Of a stretch of 64,000 nt of DNA, positions 55,547 through 63,943 are shown piece after piece (within the stretch, counting starts at the first letter, position 1; the number at the start of each line of letters is the position of its first letter). The DNA is from Victivallales bacterium (lineage in GTDB: Bacteria; Verrucomicrobiota; Lentisphaeria; Victivallales; UBA1829): NCBI GenBank assembly GCA_045589595.1, contig JAZNPK010000032.1:53475-117474 (forward strand), written 5' to 3'. Under the pieces are notes generated by a model, which saw nothing but the letters and a program-made list of their open reading frames with translations, made no database searches and was not told the origin of the DNA. A program made the translations under genes and the position numbers.

Positions 55547-56551
55547 TCAGTTCTGTTCCCAGGGCAGATTCCAGTCGCCCCGTTCATACAGGGAGTAGAG
55601 AGCCACGGCAACACCGGAATATTCTCCGGCTTTTCCTTCCAGTTTGCTCGGAACAACGGAACATGCCGCGTTCATCTGCGGCCAGGAATATTTGCCGATC
55701 CGTTCCAGCAGCGGTTTCATAAAGAGATCACCCGTGCGGACAGCGATGGTGCCGAGGGCAATGATCTCCGGATTGAAGATATTCATCAGCATACCCATTG
55801 CCTGGGCATTGCGTTCGATCATATCGTCCCAGATCTTGCAGGCGTAGGCATCGCCTTCGCGGACAGCGATCTCCAATGCGCGCATGTCGATATCTTCCAC
55901 TTTGCCGCCCGCGGCTTTCATAATGGCACTTTCCGGTTTGTCCGCAAGTTCCTGTTGAAGACGCAGCGCAATGGCTTTACCACCGCAGAACGCTTCATAA
56001 TCGCCCACCAGACCGCAGTTGCACGGCGGACCGTTCACATCCAGCACCATGTGACCGACTTCACCGCCGAAATTGCATTTTCCGCGCAGAAGTGTGCCAT
56101 TGACGATGATCCCGGCACCGATTCCCGTACTCATGGTCAGATACAGCATATTGCCGGTGTTCTGACCCGCACCGAAGATCCATTCCGCCAGACCCGCAGC
56201 ATTGGCATCGTTGTCAAAAAATGCTTCCACGCCAAAGGCATTGGAAAGATAATCACGGATCTCCACATGTTTCCACAGCGGCATATTGAACGGACCGAGG
56301 ATCACACCTTTTTCCCAATCCATCGGAGAGGGCGAACCGATACCGATCGCGCGGAGTTCAGATGCCGGAATACCGGCGTCTTCCAACAGTTTTTTACCGG
56401 CTGCCACCAGTTCCGGCAGAACATCTTCCGGAGCGCGTTCATGATTGCTGACACGGCTTGAACCGATAAGGGTCCCATCGCTCATGCAAAGGCAGATCGC
56501 AATTTTTGTGCCGCCGATATCAAACCCCATGACAGGAAACGGTTTCGTCAT
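55547..56551 (-). CDS. ROK-family sugar kinase (glucokinase-like)
   Basis: MGFDIGGTKIAI ATP-binding motif. ROK signature region with Cys motif (CNCGLVGDYEAFC). The ATG at 56551 is preferred over the track start 56614. Confidence 0.8.
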   Translation of the reverse strand: MTKPFPVMGFDIGGTKIAICLCMSDGTLIGSSRVSNHERAPEDVLPELVAAGKKLLEDAGIPASELRAIGIGSPSPMDWEKGVILGPFNMPLWKHVEIRDYLSNAFGVEAFFDNDANAAGLAEWIFGAGQNTGNMLYLTMSTGIGAGIIVNGTLLRGKCNFGGEVGHMVLDVNGPPCNCGLVGDYEAFCGGKAIALRLQQELADKPESAIMKAAGGKVEDIDMRALEIAVREGDAYACKIWDDMIERNAQAMGMLMNIFNPEIIALGTIAVRTGDLFMKPLLERIGKYSWPQMNAACSVVPSKLEGKAGEYSGVAVALYSLYERGDWNLPWEQN

Positions 56552-56613
56552 GATTTCAAATCTCCTCTCGCTTACATTTGGATAATTTTTGTCAAATATT
56601 CTATAAATATACA

Positions 56614-56642
56614 TTGACTTTACGGAAACGGCAATGTATTTT
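56614..56642 (+). promoter_or_regulatory. Sigma70-like promoter candidate for exbB-exbD-tonB
   Basis: TTGACT (56614-56619), 17-nt spacer, TATTTT (56637-56642). Confidence 0.3.
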
Positions 56643-56673
56643 TAGAAAAACAATGCAATTTTTTTCAAAAACA

Positions 56674-57447
56674 ATGGAGTTTGATTCAAATATGACTGCT
56701 TTTACTGCTTTTATTCCTTATTTGCCCGTTGCTGACACCAATGAGATCGCATACGCTTTCGGAAACAGCGATCTGCTCGGTCAGGCGATTTGCGTGATCC
56801 TTTTCATCTTTTCCATTGTCACATGGATCGTTATGTGTGCAAAGATCGGAAACATCAAAAAAGCTGCGCAGGACAATGAACAGTTCCTCCGGTATTTCCG
56901 CGAAAAAAGAAATCCCCTCGCCATTACCGAACAGCTCAATATCAAATACTGTCCCGTTTCCGCTGTCTATTTTGAAGCGCTTTCCAAAATCGAAGCATTC
57001 CACCTTACCGACCGGACATCCGGCGTCCGCAGAGCCTTGAGCGATGCCGAACTGGGTGTCGTTCAGGCAACAATGGATCAGGCGATCGAAAAACAACTTT
57101 CCTGCCTTGATAAAGGTATGATCTTTCTCCAGACCGCTGTCAGCGGAAGCCCCTTCCTCGGCTTGTTCGGTACCGTCTGGGGGATCACCACCGCATTCAC
57201 ATCTCTCGCCATCAAGGGAAAAGCCGATATTCAGACGCTCGCACCCGGCGTTTCAGGCGCATTGCTGACGACGGTCATCGCGCTTTTTGTGGCGATTCCG
57301 TCCCTCATCGGATACAATATCATCAGTTCTCATCTCAAAAAGATGACGGTGACTCTGGATAACTTTGCAGAAGAATTTCTTTCCAGACTCAAAATCGAAC
57401 AGCTGGACAGTTATGCCGCACTCAACAACAGCGACAGACAGGTGTGA
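56674..57447 (+). CDS. exbB: MotA/TolQ/ExbB proton-channel protein
   Basis: Three TM helices. Conserved C-terminal block LGLFGTVWGITTAF..APGVSGALLTTVIALFVAIP. Start is the ATG at 56674 or 56692. Confidence 0.8.
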   Translation: MEFDSNMTAFTAFIPYLPVADTNEIAYAFGNSDLLGQAICVILFIFSIVTWIVMCAKIGNIKKAAQDNEQFLRYFREKRNPLAITEQLNIKYCPVSAVYFEALSKIEAFHLTDRTSGVRRALSDAELGVVQATMDQAIEKQLSCLDKGMIFLQTAVSGSPFLGLFGTVWGITTAFTSLAIKGKADIQTLAPGVSGALLTTVIALFVAIPSLIGYNIISSHLKKMTVTLDNFAEEFLSRLKIEQLDSYAALNNSDRQV

Positions 57448-57450
57448 GTC

Positions 57451-57861
57451 ATGGCAAGAAAAAGACGGAGCGATTCCACACCTTATGATTCGATCAATCT
57501 CACCCCGTTGATCGATACTTTGTTTTTTCTCCTGATCATTTTTATGGTCACCGCTCCCCTGCTGGAATACAGCGTGGATGTGTCACCGCCCGAAATGAAC
57601 GCCGATCAATTGCCGCAGGATGATAAAAAAGCAAAAGTCGTCAGCCTCAAAACAAACGGTATGGTCCAATTTAATAACGCAGAGATCACGCGCGCTGAAT
57701 TTTTTGTGCAGCTCGCCGCTTTCCGCGATGATCCTGAAACAAAAGTTTATCTGCGCGCCGACCGGATGCTTTCATACGGCGATGTGATCGATTTCCTGTC
57801 AAAAGTCAGAAATTCCGGTTTCAAAAATATCTTTCTCGTTACTTCCGAGGAGGCGAAGTAA
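57451..57861 (+). CDS. exbD: ExbD/TolR biopolymer transport protein
   Basis: 136 aa. INLTPLIDTLFFLLIIFMVT TM motif. Periplasmic domain with ADRMLSYGDVIDFL. Confidence 0.85.
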   Translation: MARKRRSDSTPYDSINLTPLIDTLFFLLIIFMVTAPLLEYSVDVSPPEMNADQLPQDDKKAKVVSLKTNGMVQFNNAEITRAEFFVQLAAFRDDPETKVYLRADRMLSYGDVIDFLSKVRNSGFKNIFLVTSEEAK

Positions 57862-57864
57862 ATC

Positions 57865-58815
57865 ATGAATGTTTCCGATGCCAGAGCATTGCTGAAACAT
57901 GGAATGGATCCCTACGCCAACAGCAATCGGACAAAATGGATCGCAATATGGGTCATCTGCGCACACCTGATGGTCTTTGTCATTATCCCGCTCGTTCTTC
58001 TGGGCGTGGATCTGCTGGTCCCTGAAGAACCGCCGCTCGTCGTGATGAAAGTCGGACTCGTCGATCTCCCCGAAGGCGATTCTCCAGACGCGCCCGTCAA
58101 CGGCGAACAACAACCCATTCCCGAACCGCCCGCACCTGAACCGCCCGCACTCGAACCTCCGAAGCCCGAACCTCCGAAGCCCGAACCTCCGAAGCCCGAA
58201 CCTCCGAAGCCCGAACCTCCGAAGCCTGAACCTCCGAAGCCTGAACCTCCGAAGCCTGAACCTCCGAAGCCGGTCCCCGCACCCCCGAAACCCAAGCAGA
58301 AACCGGTTCCGCCCAAACCCAAATATTTGACCGCAGCAGATATTCTGAAACAGCGCAACAAAAACCGCGGCAAAACGGTCACGATCAAAAATAAGGATAA
58401 CCGGAAACAACAGCAGCAGGATCATGCGGCACAACAGGCTTACGCAAAACAACTCGCCGAATATAACCGGGCACGACAGGCACTCCAGTCCGCACGCGGC
58501 AGATTCGGAAGTCCCGATGCCGGTCTGAAAGGGATCCTTGCCACTGCCGAAGATCGCGCCTATTACGCAAAATTAAAGGCGTTCGTCGATGCGCGTTTCG
58601 TTCAGCCGTCAGACGCGCTCCTCGATGGCAGAAAACCCGTCGTGCAAGTACAAATCACCATCGGTAAAGATGGATCACTCGCCGGTTGGAACGTCACTTC
58701 CCCATCCGATGTTCAGGCAATGAACGACGCCGTTGCCGCTCTCAAAGAAAAATTGCAGACCATGCCCGTACCCCCACGCGCAATGACGATCCCATTCACC
58801 TTCCGCGTCAATTAA
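57865..58815 (+). CDS. tonB: TonB/TolA-like energy transducer with (EPPKP)n spacer
   Basis: N-terminal TM anchor, a Pro-rich rigid spacer, and a C-terminal beta-rich domain (VVQVQITIGKDGSLAGWNVTS). Follows exbB-exbD. Confidence 0.65.
   Translation: MNVSDARALLKHGMDPYANSNRTKWIAIWVICAHLMVFVIIPLVLLGVDLLVPEEPPLVVMKVGLVDLPEGDSPDAPVNGEQQPIPEPPAPEPPALEPPKPEPPKPEPPKPEPPKPEPPKPEPPKPEPPKPEPPKPVPAPPKPKQKPVPPKPKYLTAADILKQRNKNRGKTVTIKNKDNRKQQQQDHAAQQAYAKQLAEYNRARQALQSARGRFGSPDAGLKGILATAEDRAYYAKLKAFVDARFVQPSDALLDGRKPVVQVQITIGKDGSLAGWNVTSPSDVQAMNDAVAALKEKLQTMPVPPRAMTIPFTFRVN
58153..58272 (+). repeat. In-frame 15-nt tandem repeat (8 units) encoding EPPKP
   Basis: GAACCTCCGAAGCCC/T repeated eight times head to tail, differing only at the last position of the unit. 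Confidence 0.85.
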
Positions 58816-58871
58816 TAACGGAACACAGCGGAGCTGTGATGACGGTGGAAAAAAAGTAAAAAATTTTGGTT

Positions 58872-59092
58872 GTCCCATCGTGCCATTAAGTAAGCGATAG
58901 CGTTACGCAATGGCACGATATGGCACACACTGTGTGTTTCGCGCTTTCGCGCGACCAGCGGACTGCCGCTGGACCGCAGCAAGGGCAAAGCCCTTGACGC
59001 GAGCAGAAAACTTGCACTTCGTGCGGCGTTTTCTGCCGTAAGTTTTTGCAACGCGTTGCAAAAACGGTAGAAATAAGAAAAAACTCAAAACA
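58872..59092 (+). repeat. Multi-hairpin intergenic element, tandem copy 1 (copy B)
   Basis: Modules:
- GTGCCATT..AATGGCAC (58880-58916)
- CGCGC-tttc-GCGCG (58940-58953)
- CCAGCGG-actg-CCGCTGG (58955-58972)
- AAGGGC-aaa-GCCCTT (58981-58995)
- GCAGAAAAC..GTTTTCTGC (59003-59036)
- GTTTTTGCAAC-gc-GTTGCAAAAAC (59042-59065)
- A-rich linker

A partial unit (CACAGC-gga-GCTGTG + ATGACGGTGGAAAAAAA, 58824-58865) precedes it. Confidence 0.85.
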
Positions 59093-59310
59093 GTCCCATC
59101 GTGCCATTAAGTAAGCGATAGCGTTACACAATGGCACGATATGGCGCACACTGTGTGTTTCGCGCTTTCGCGCGACCAGCGGACTGCCGCTGGACCGCAG
59201 CAAGGGCAAAGCCCTTGACGCGAGCAGAAAACTTGCACTTCGTGCGGCGTTTTCTGCCATAGTCAAAACTGCTGCGCAGCTTTGACGGTGGGAAAAAAAT
59301 AAAAAAACTT
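59093..59310 (+). repeat. Multi-hairpin intergenic element, tandem copy 2 (copy C)
   Basis: Offset of 221 nt from copy B. Positions 59093-59257 differ from 58872-59036 at only 2 positions. The last hairpin is replaced by GTCAAAACTGC-tgc-GCAGCTTTGAC (59262-59286). Confidence 0.85.
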
Positions 59311-59574
59311 CCTCCCGTTCTGACGACCAAGCGTCAGCGTTGGGAGGAAGAACTATACGGCACACTCTGTGCGTTGTAGCCTCCCCCCGTTCTGACGACC
59401 AAGCGTTAGCGTTGGGAGGAAGAACTATACGGCACACACTGTGCGTTGTAGCCTCCCCCCGTTCTGACGACCAAGCGTCAGCGTCGGGAGGAAGAACTAT
59501 ATGGCGCACACTGTGCGTTCTGACGACCAAGCGTCAGCGTTGGGAAGAAGAACTGTACGGCGCACACTGTGCGT
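59311..59574 (+). repeat. Tandem array of ~70-nt hairpin units (3 full copies + 1 truncated)
   Basis: Units at 59311-59379, 59380-59451, 59452-59518 and 59519-59574. Each is CCTCCC(CCC)-GTT-CTGACG-accaag-CGTCAG-CGTT-GGGAGG, then AAGAACTATACGGCACACACTGTGCGT(TGTAG). The units abut directly with no unique spacers. Confidence 0.85.
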
Positions 59575-59577
59575 GTG

Positions 59578-60501
59578 TTATTTGCCGAGAGCTTCTTTAT
59601 AAGCCTTGACAGCGATTTCGAGACCCTGATCGAAGTTATACGAGGGTTTGAAACCGGTAGCCATCAGTTTATCAACGCAAGCACTGGAGTGTTTCACATC
59701 TCCGGCGCGTTCGGGCAGGTGTACGATCTTGGACTTGCTGCCGAGGATCTTGACGATTTTTTCGGCGAGGTCGTTAATGGTAAGGCGTCCACCGTAAGCC
59801 ACGTTATACACACCGGTAAAATCATTTTCAGCCATAAATGCGTTTGCGGCGGCGATATCTTTCACGAAGATGAAGTCGCGTGTCTGTTCGCCATCGCCGA
59901 AGATGGTGATATCTTCATTATTCAGGGCTTTGGTGATAAAGATCGGCACTGCTGCCGCGTATGCGCTTTTGGGGTTCTGGCGGGGACCGAACACGTTGAA
60001 ATAGCGCAGACATGCGGTCTGGAGTCTGCCTTCTTTGGCGAACATGTTGCAATAGTATTCGTCATCCAGTTTTGTGATGGCGTAGGGACTTTTGGGTTCG
60101 GGGAACATGGTTTCGACTTTGGGGCAGACGGGGTTGTCGCCGTAGATGGCGGCACTGGTGCTGAGCACGAGTTTCTTCACACCGGCTTTCGCAGCTTCTT
60201 CCAGAACGGTGATCATACCGATGGAGTTGAGGCGGTTGCATTCGATGATCTCGCTCATGGATTCGGGAACGGAGATCATTGCCGCAAGGTGGAAAATATA
60301 ATCCACGCCTTCCACTGCTTTTGCCACATCATCGCGATTGGTGATATCGCCTTCGATGAATTCGCAATCGAAATTTTCGATATTGTGTTTGAAGCCGGAA
60401 CGGAGATTATCAAGAACGCGGATCTCCGCTTTTCCCTGATACCGTTCAACAATATGGCTGCCGATGAATCCGGCACCGCCGGTTACGAGGATCTTTGTCA
60501 T
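59578..60501 (-). CDS. NAD-dependent nucleotide-sugar epimerase (SDR family, UDP-hexose 4-epimerase-like)
   Basis: ILVTGGAGFIGSH Rossmann motif and YxxxK context (SPYAITKLDDEYY). 307 aa. Confidence 0.85.
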   Translation of the reverse strand: MTKILVTGGAGFIGSHIVERYQGKAEIRVLDNLRSGFKHNIENFDCEFIEGDITNRDDVAKAVEGVDYIFHLAAMISVPESMSEIIECNRLNSIGMITVLEEAAKAGVKKLVLSTSAAIYGDNPVCPKVETMFPEPKSPYAITKLDDEYYCNMFAKEGRLQTACLRYFNVFGPRQNPKSAYAAAVPIFITKALNNEDITIFGDGEQTRDFIFVKDIAAANAFMAENDFTGVYNVAYGGRLTINDLAEKIVKILGSKSKIVHLPERAGDVKHSSACVDKLMATGFKPSYNFDQGLEIAVKAYKEALGK

Positions 60502-60502
60502 A

Positions 60503-61600
60503 TTACTTTACCAGACCTTTCATGATCTCATTCATTTTATCTTCCTGTTCCATAAGGCTCTGCACCAGCTTGAACTGGGTGCGGCAGCGATCCAGATTGT
60601 GACCTTCGCGTTTGGTCTTGAAGTACTTATCGCCATCAAGATAATCGGTCAGGAAGCGGACGCCGATCTCGAATGTGATCAGCATACCGGAGAAGGGCAT
60701 ATTTTCGATTTCTGCGGGAGTCAGGCAATTACCGGCACCTTCAAGGAAGCCTTTTGCCAGTGCTTCAAACATTTCCATTCTGGCATAAACTTTGGAAAGA
60801 TCTTTTTCGTCTTCCGCGGCAGGGCTGGTGCTGGTGCGGACCAGATCGCCGAAGTCATAAAGGGAGATCCCGGGCATAATGGTATCCAGGTCGATCACGC
60901 AGATCCCTTCGCCGGTTTCGTCATCCAGCATCACGTTATTGATCTTGGTATCGTTGTGAGTGATGCGTTCCGGGATTTCGCCTTTTGCCATCAGATCGAG
61001 AAGTTTTCCAGCCATATCGCGGTGGTTCTGGAGAAATTCGATTTCTGCTTTGGCGGATTCCGCTCTGCCGCAGACATCGGCAGCGAGAGCCTTGTCGAAG
61101 TCGGCAATACGGGAGGGCGTATTGTGGAAATTGGGGATCGTTTCGTAGAGACGGTCGCCGGGAATATCGGCGAGGATCTGCTGGAACGCACCGAACGCTT
61201 TTGCTGCCTGATAGGCGAATTCAGCAGATTCCAGCACGTCGTAAGTCCGGGCGCGATCAATGAACAGATAAGCACGCCAGTAATTGCCGTCTTTATCCAC
61301 GAAGAACGGTTTGCCGTCCTGCGCGTTGATCACGGTCAGTGCGCGGCGTGTGGCATCTTTTCTGCCCTGAAGTTTCGCTTTGCAGTGAGACAGCACGCGG
61401 GAAATATTGTCCATGAGCTGTTCCGGCTGCTTGAAAATATTGGTGTTGATGCGCTGAATGATGTAGCGCACCTGATAACCTGCCTGATTGAATACGGTCA
61501 GAAATGTATCGTTGATATGGCCGGAACCATAACGTTCACACCAGAGGTAGTCGCCCCAGATATCAAAATGGGTTGCGATTTCTTTTACAACTGCGTTCAT
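60503..61600 (-). CDS. N-acetylhexosamine 1-kinase-like (NahK/APH-fold anomeric sugar kinase)
   Basis: 365 aa. Close by-eye match to Bifidobacterium NahK blocks: GSGHINDTF, ITHNDTKINNVMLD (catalytic HxDxxxxN), IDLDTIMPG, EDEKDLSKV, HNLDRCRTQFKLVQ. Confidence 0.75.
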   Translation of the reverse strand: MNAVVKEIATHFDIWGDYLWCERYGSGHINDTFLTVFNQAGYQVRYIIQRINTNIFKQPEQLMDNISRVLSHCKAKLQGRKDATRRALTVINAQDGKPFFVDKDGNYWRAYLFIDRARTYDVLESAEFAYQAAKAFGAFQQILADIPGDRLYETIPNFHNTPSRIADFDKALAADVCGRAESAKAEIEFLQNHRDMAGKLLDLMAKGEIPERITHNDTKINNVMLDDETGEGICVIDLDTIMPGISLYDFGDLVRTSTSPAAEDEKDLSKVYARMEMFEALAKGFLEGAGNCLTPAEIENMPFSGMLITFEIGVRFLTDYLDGDKYFKTKREGHNLDRCRTQFKLVQSLMEQEDKMNEIMKGLVK

Positions 61601-61612
61601 ATTGACCCTTTC

Positions 61613-62518
61613 TTATGCGAAGAGATTTTCGGGATAGACACCGGCATCGATGAGTGCGCGGATATCTGCCTGAACTCTGGGTTTGTCTTCCCGGTAGGTC
61701 ACGCCGAACCACGCATCCGCGCTGGGCAGGACCTTGACCGTTGCCTTGCCGCTGTGGATCATTTCCGCAACGACGAAGGGGATGTAGAATTCGCTCTTGA
61801 GTTCCGTGCCGCGTTCTGCGAGGAAGTCTTCGAACATTTTTCCCATTCCATTGAACAGGGACGGCATGAAGCCCCAGAAGTTCATACTGGAGATTTCTTC
61901 GCCGCAGAGTTCCACTTGCTTGCCGTTTTCGTCGGTGAACACCGCTTTGCCGCCGCCCAGTGCTTCGATCTTGGTGCGTTCCACAACTTCCTTGAGGTTG
62001 TTGTTTTCGTCCAGTTCGCAGATGCCGCGGGACACGGAACCGAATTCGGAAAGGGTATTTTTGATGGGGAATCCGACCATATAGAACTGGTTGGGATCTG
62101 TGGTTTCGCTCAATGCTTTGCCCAGCTGTTCAAAGCCGCTTTTTCCGTAAAAGTCATCAGCATTGATCACGGCAAAGGGTTCTTTGACCTTATCGGCTGC
62201 GCACATCACGGCGTGACCGGTACCCCAGGGTTTGGTTCTGCCTTCGGGAACGGTATAAGGTGCCGGGATCGCATCCAGCTGCTGGTACACATATTCCAGC
62301 TCAATTTTGCCTTCCCAGCGTTTGGAAACAACTTCCTTGAAATCTTTTTCAATGTCTTTGCGGATGATGAAGACGACTTTGCCGAATCCGCCGCGGATCG
62401 CGTCAAAGATGGAGTAATCCAGAATGATCTCGCCGTTGGGACCAACGGGGTCGATCTGTTTCAATCCGCCGTAACGGCTGCCCATACCGGCAGCAAGAAC
62501 TACGAGTGTCGGTTTCAT
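61613..62518 (-). CDS. Sugar-1-phosphate nucleotidyltransferase
   Basis: N-terminal LAAGMGSRYGGLKQ (GxGxR nucleotide-binding loop). 301 aa. Operon partner of the anomeric kinase. Confidence 0.75.
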   Translation of the reverse strand: MKPTLVVLAAGMGSRYGGLKQIDPVGPNGEIILDYSIFDAIRGGFGKVVFIIRKDIEKDFKEVVSKRWEGKIELEYVYQQLDAIPAPYTVPEGRTKPWGTGHAVMCAADKVKEPFAVINADDFYGKSGFEQLGKALSETTDPNQFYMVGFPIKNTLSEFGSVSRGICELDENNNLKEVVERTKIEALGGGKAVFTDENGKQVELCGEEISSMNFWGFMPSLFNGMGKMFEDFLAERGTELKSEFYIPFVVAEMIHSGKATVKVLPSADAWFGVTYREDKPRVQADIRALIDAGVYPENLFA

Positions 62519-62542
62519 AATAATGTGATCTCCTTAGACGGA

Positions 62543-63943
62543 TTATGCCATGGGAAGGGATGCCGCTGCGATCGCCTGACCGTGACGTTTCGTTTTTTCG
62601 TCCGGAACCTCAAACACCACCGTGTATTCGGGGAACTGGGTCTTGATGACATTTTCGGCTTCCGCCTGAATGATGTTGCCGCCCTTGCCGGATGTAACAC
62701 GGCCGAGGAAGAGAACGCTCTTGATTTCGGGATAGAAATCGCAGAAACGGGCGATCGTGTAACCGAATGCCACACCGATGCTGCGATAGATCTTTTCAGC
62801 ACGCGGATCGTTTTCTTCCATCAGTTTCTGAACGCCGATCAGGCGTTCGGGGAACTTCATTTCTGCGGGGAATTCGATGCCGGCAAGCGGTGCCAGACGG
62901 GCAACACCCTGCTGGGAGAAATACTGCACGCCGCAGCCGAGGTCGCCGCTCCATTCGTCAGCAGGACCGTTTTCGCGGTAATCGACCGGCACGAAAGCCA
63001 GTTCGTTCAGCCAGTCGGTGATATTGCCGTCCGGGTTCACATAGCCGCCCGCCATACTGGTGCCGAGGGACACGCCGAGGATGCTGTTGCTGTTCAGCTG
63101 CATGGATCCGGCAAGCGCAGTCACTTCACCGTCGTTCACGATTTCAAAGGGGACGCCCATTTCTTTGGCGACATCAAGGAAGATGTTTGCGACTTTGCTT
63201 TCAAAATCACATTTGGGAACGCCGCGGAAGAGAGAGGAAATACGCACGCGGTTCTGCACGATCACACCGGCAGTGGAGCCGCCGATGGCATCCACTCTGG
63301 GCAGATGAGCGGCAGCGCGTTTGAGAGAATCCAGAATACCGTCTTTGTGGTAGGTGGGATCTTTCTGGAAGTAGGGGTCCCACGCGATTTCTTCGGAGAA
63401 CACCACTTCGCCGTCGATCATAGCGGCAGCTTTGCGGTCGGATCCGCCCAGGTCGAAGCCGATACGGCAGCCGTTCAGGTGGCGGCCCAGCGGCTGGGCT
63501 GTCGTCTTGGCGGCGGGTGCATTTTCGTATTCGGTGTAGAGGATCTCAACGGGATTGCTGTAAATGCCGCCCATGACTTCAGAGTCAAATTTACGGGCGC
63601 CGTTCTGCAGATCGTAGATCTCCTTCATGGCATCGGCAACGCGTTTGTCGCCGGCAATGGTCACTTTGTAACCGCCGAACAGCCAGAACATGGATTTGAC
63701 CAGACGTTCCACATGAAGCAGGTTCGCTTTGAATTCGCCGTCTGTGGCATCGCCGAACAGGATGGTTTCGTAAACGCTGGCACTCTGCTCATTGCGTTCC
63801 ATCACGATCTTGACTTTGATGGCTTTGCCGGAGGCTTCGACTGCCGCGCGGAAGGCGCGATCCCACAGCACTGCGGGGATAAAGTCCTGGTCCAGACACG
63901 GGATGATGCCCGGTGTCGCGTTCTTCTTGATGACATCCAACAT
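62543..63943 (-). CDS. ASKHA-fold (ROK-like) sugar kinase with ~160-aa N-terminal extension
   Basis: GFDLGGSDRKAAAM phosphate-1 motif, GGSTAGVI, and LGVSLGTSMAGGYV. The N-terminal domain is unassigned. Confidence 0.6.
   Translation of the reverse strand: MLDVIKKNATPGIIPCLDQDFIPAVLWDRAFRAAVEASGKAIKVKIVMERNEQSASVYETILFGDATDGEFKANLLHVERLVKSMFWLFGGYKVTIAGDKRVADAMKEIYDLQNGARKFDSEVMGGIYSNPVEILYTEYENAPAAKTTAQPLGRHLNGCRIGFDLGGSDRKAAAMIDGEVVFSEEIAWDPYFQKDPTYHKDGILDSLKRAAAHLPRVDAIGGSTAGVIVQNRVRISSLFRGVPKCDFESKVANIFLDVAKEMGVPFEIVNDGEVTALAGSMQLNSNSILGVSLGTSMAGGYVNPDGNITDWLNELAFVPVDYRENGPADEWSGDLGCGVQYFSQQGVARLAPLAGIEFPAEMKFPERLIGVQKLMEENDPRAEKIYRSIGVAFGYTIARFCDFYPEIKSVLFLGRVTSGKGGNIIQAEAENVIKTQFPEYTVVFEVPDEKTKRHGQAIAAASLPMA

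Noticed and set aside
59042-59065. Variable hairpin as an integron attC site or other recombination cassette boundary
   Set aside because: The arms do not fit the RYYYAAC/GTTRRRY core pattern, there are no extrahelical-base asymmetries, and no integron integrase or gene cassettes are in the window.
58812-59530. Small ORFs inside the repeat elements giving similar peptides (e.g. ..ARVKG.ALAAVQRQSAGR.. and ..ENAARSASFLL..). Similar ORFs occur at 20470-20740, 53296-53547 and 9285-9527.
   Set aside because: The same DNA is read in different frames and on different strands in different copies. Stems show compensatory, not codon-preserving, changes. One module is replaced wholesale between copies. 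All of this is consistent with non-coding structure rather than a protein family.
59311-59574. Possible CRISPR array
   Set aside because: The ~70-nt units abut directly with no unique spacers, are far longer than CRISPR repeats, and no cas genes are nearby. This is a plain tandem repeat.
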